A DNA stretch of 36,266 nucleotides from a virus (lineage: Duplodnaviria > Caudoviricetes): the IMG/VR virus record IMGVR_UViG_3300020044_003924, positions 1-36,266 of that record. One strand, 5' to 3'. The position numbers were made by a program, and so were the translations under genes. Shown in pieces: positions 35,878 through 36,266 of the stretch (its first letter is position 1; every line of letters begins with the position of its first letter). The notes below the pieces were generated by a model that was not told the origin of the DNA, did not search any database, and saw only the letters and a program-made list of their open reading frames with translations.

Positions 35878-36025
35878 AGCACAATATTAGTATGGGGGGT
35901 AGGGGGGGGCACAATCCAGTAGGTTGTGCCACACAAACGCAGTGTAGTGTGGCTGCGTAACTGACAATACTATTCTAAAATAGAAACAACAAGAAACATG
36001 TTTAGCATGGACAAGGAAGGGTGTT

Positions 36026-36175
36026 ATGATAGGAACAATGCTGCTAATAGTAGGGACAGTTTTTGTCACATTAGGTTTTGTGGTAATGTTTCTTAGGGCT
36101 TTGTTTAAGACTGTTGAACAGTTTGAGCATACCTCGTTTTTGGATGATGATTGGATGGAAAATGAATATAACTGA
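36026..36175 (+). CDS. Small membrane protein (49 aa)
   Basis: AAGGAAGG SD; MIGTMLLIVGTVFVTLGFVVMFLRALFK... Confidence 0.6.
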   Translation: MIGTMLLIVGTVFVTLGFVVMFLRALFKTVEQFEHTSFLDDDWMENEYN

Positions 36176-36233
36176 GCAGGACCGTGTGTTGATTAAGTTG
36201 TTGGCTAAGAAGAAGCCGAAACCGAAAAAGTAA
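36162..36233 (+). CDS. Tiny basic peptide (23 aa)
   Basis: MNITEQDRVLIKLLAKKKPKPKK; TAATG coupling to next ORF. Confidence 0.4.
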   Translation: MNITEQDRVLIKLLAKKKPKPKK

Positions 36234-36266
36234 TGGCTACATCAAAGCGTGACCCACGACTAGCAA
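36233..36266 (+). CDS. Partial ORF MATSKRDPRLA, cut by window end
   Basis: Coupled start; DPRLA resembles a recalled small basic phage late protein family. Confidence 0.45.
   Translation, partial: MATSKRDPRLA

Noticed and set aside
35892-35921. ORF from the ATG after the + strand late motif, and a possible G-quadruplex
   Set aside because: Only nine codons; two G runs are weak evidence for a functional quadruplex.

Overview
Large part (possibly most) of a tailed dsDNA phage genome with short-tail (podovirus-like) architecture. The host is probably an actinobacterium (inference from gene content only). The + strand (1-12.1 kb) carries small early genes, a MoxR/CbbQ-type AAA+ ATPase with a degenerate VWA partner, and a replication/recombination block: Cas4-like nuclease, DnaB-like helicase, AEP primase, HslV-like Ntn hydrolase, RusA, PD-(D/E)XK nuclease, a sigma70-region-4-only protein and DUF1599. 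The - strand (12.1-35.7 kb) carries small terminase, tail/fibre genes, lysis genes, large terminase, portal, scaffold, major capsid, a cluster of Lys/Ala-rich basic proteins, neck/tail tube and three ejection-type proteins. I recognised no integrase, DNA polymerase, RNA polymerase, tRNA or CRISPR array. Main observations: (1) TAGGGAAC recurs at late-gene junctions, 15-16 nt before start codons that mostly lack an SD, and may be the target of the sigma4-only protein; (2) a separate GTCAAAGA+hairpin element recurs in early leaders; (3) the portal gene is 5'-truncated and joined to a Zn-finger gene (deletion or mis-assembly); (4) an 11-bp-period repeat array sits between two divergent TAGGGAAC sites; (5) tandem paralogous histone-tail-like proteins. 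All family calls come from motif recognition by eye, not database searches.
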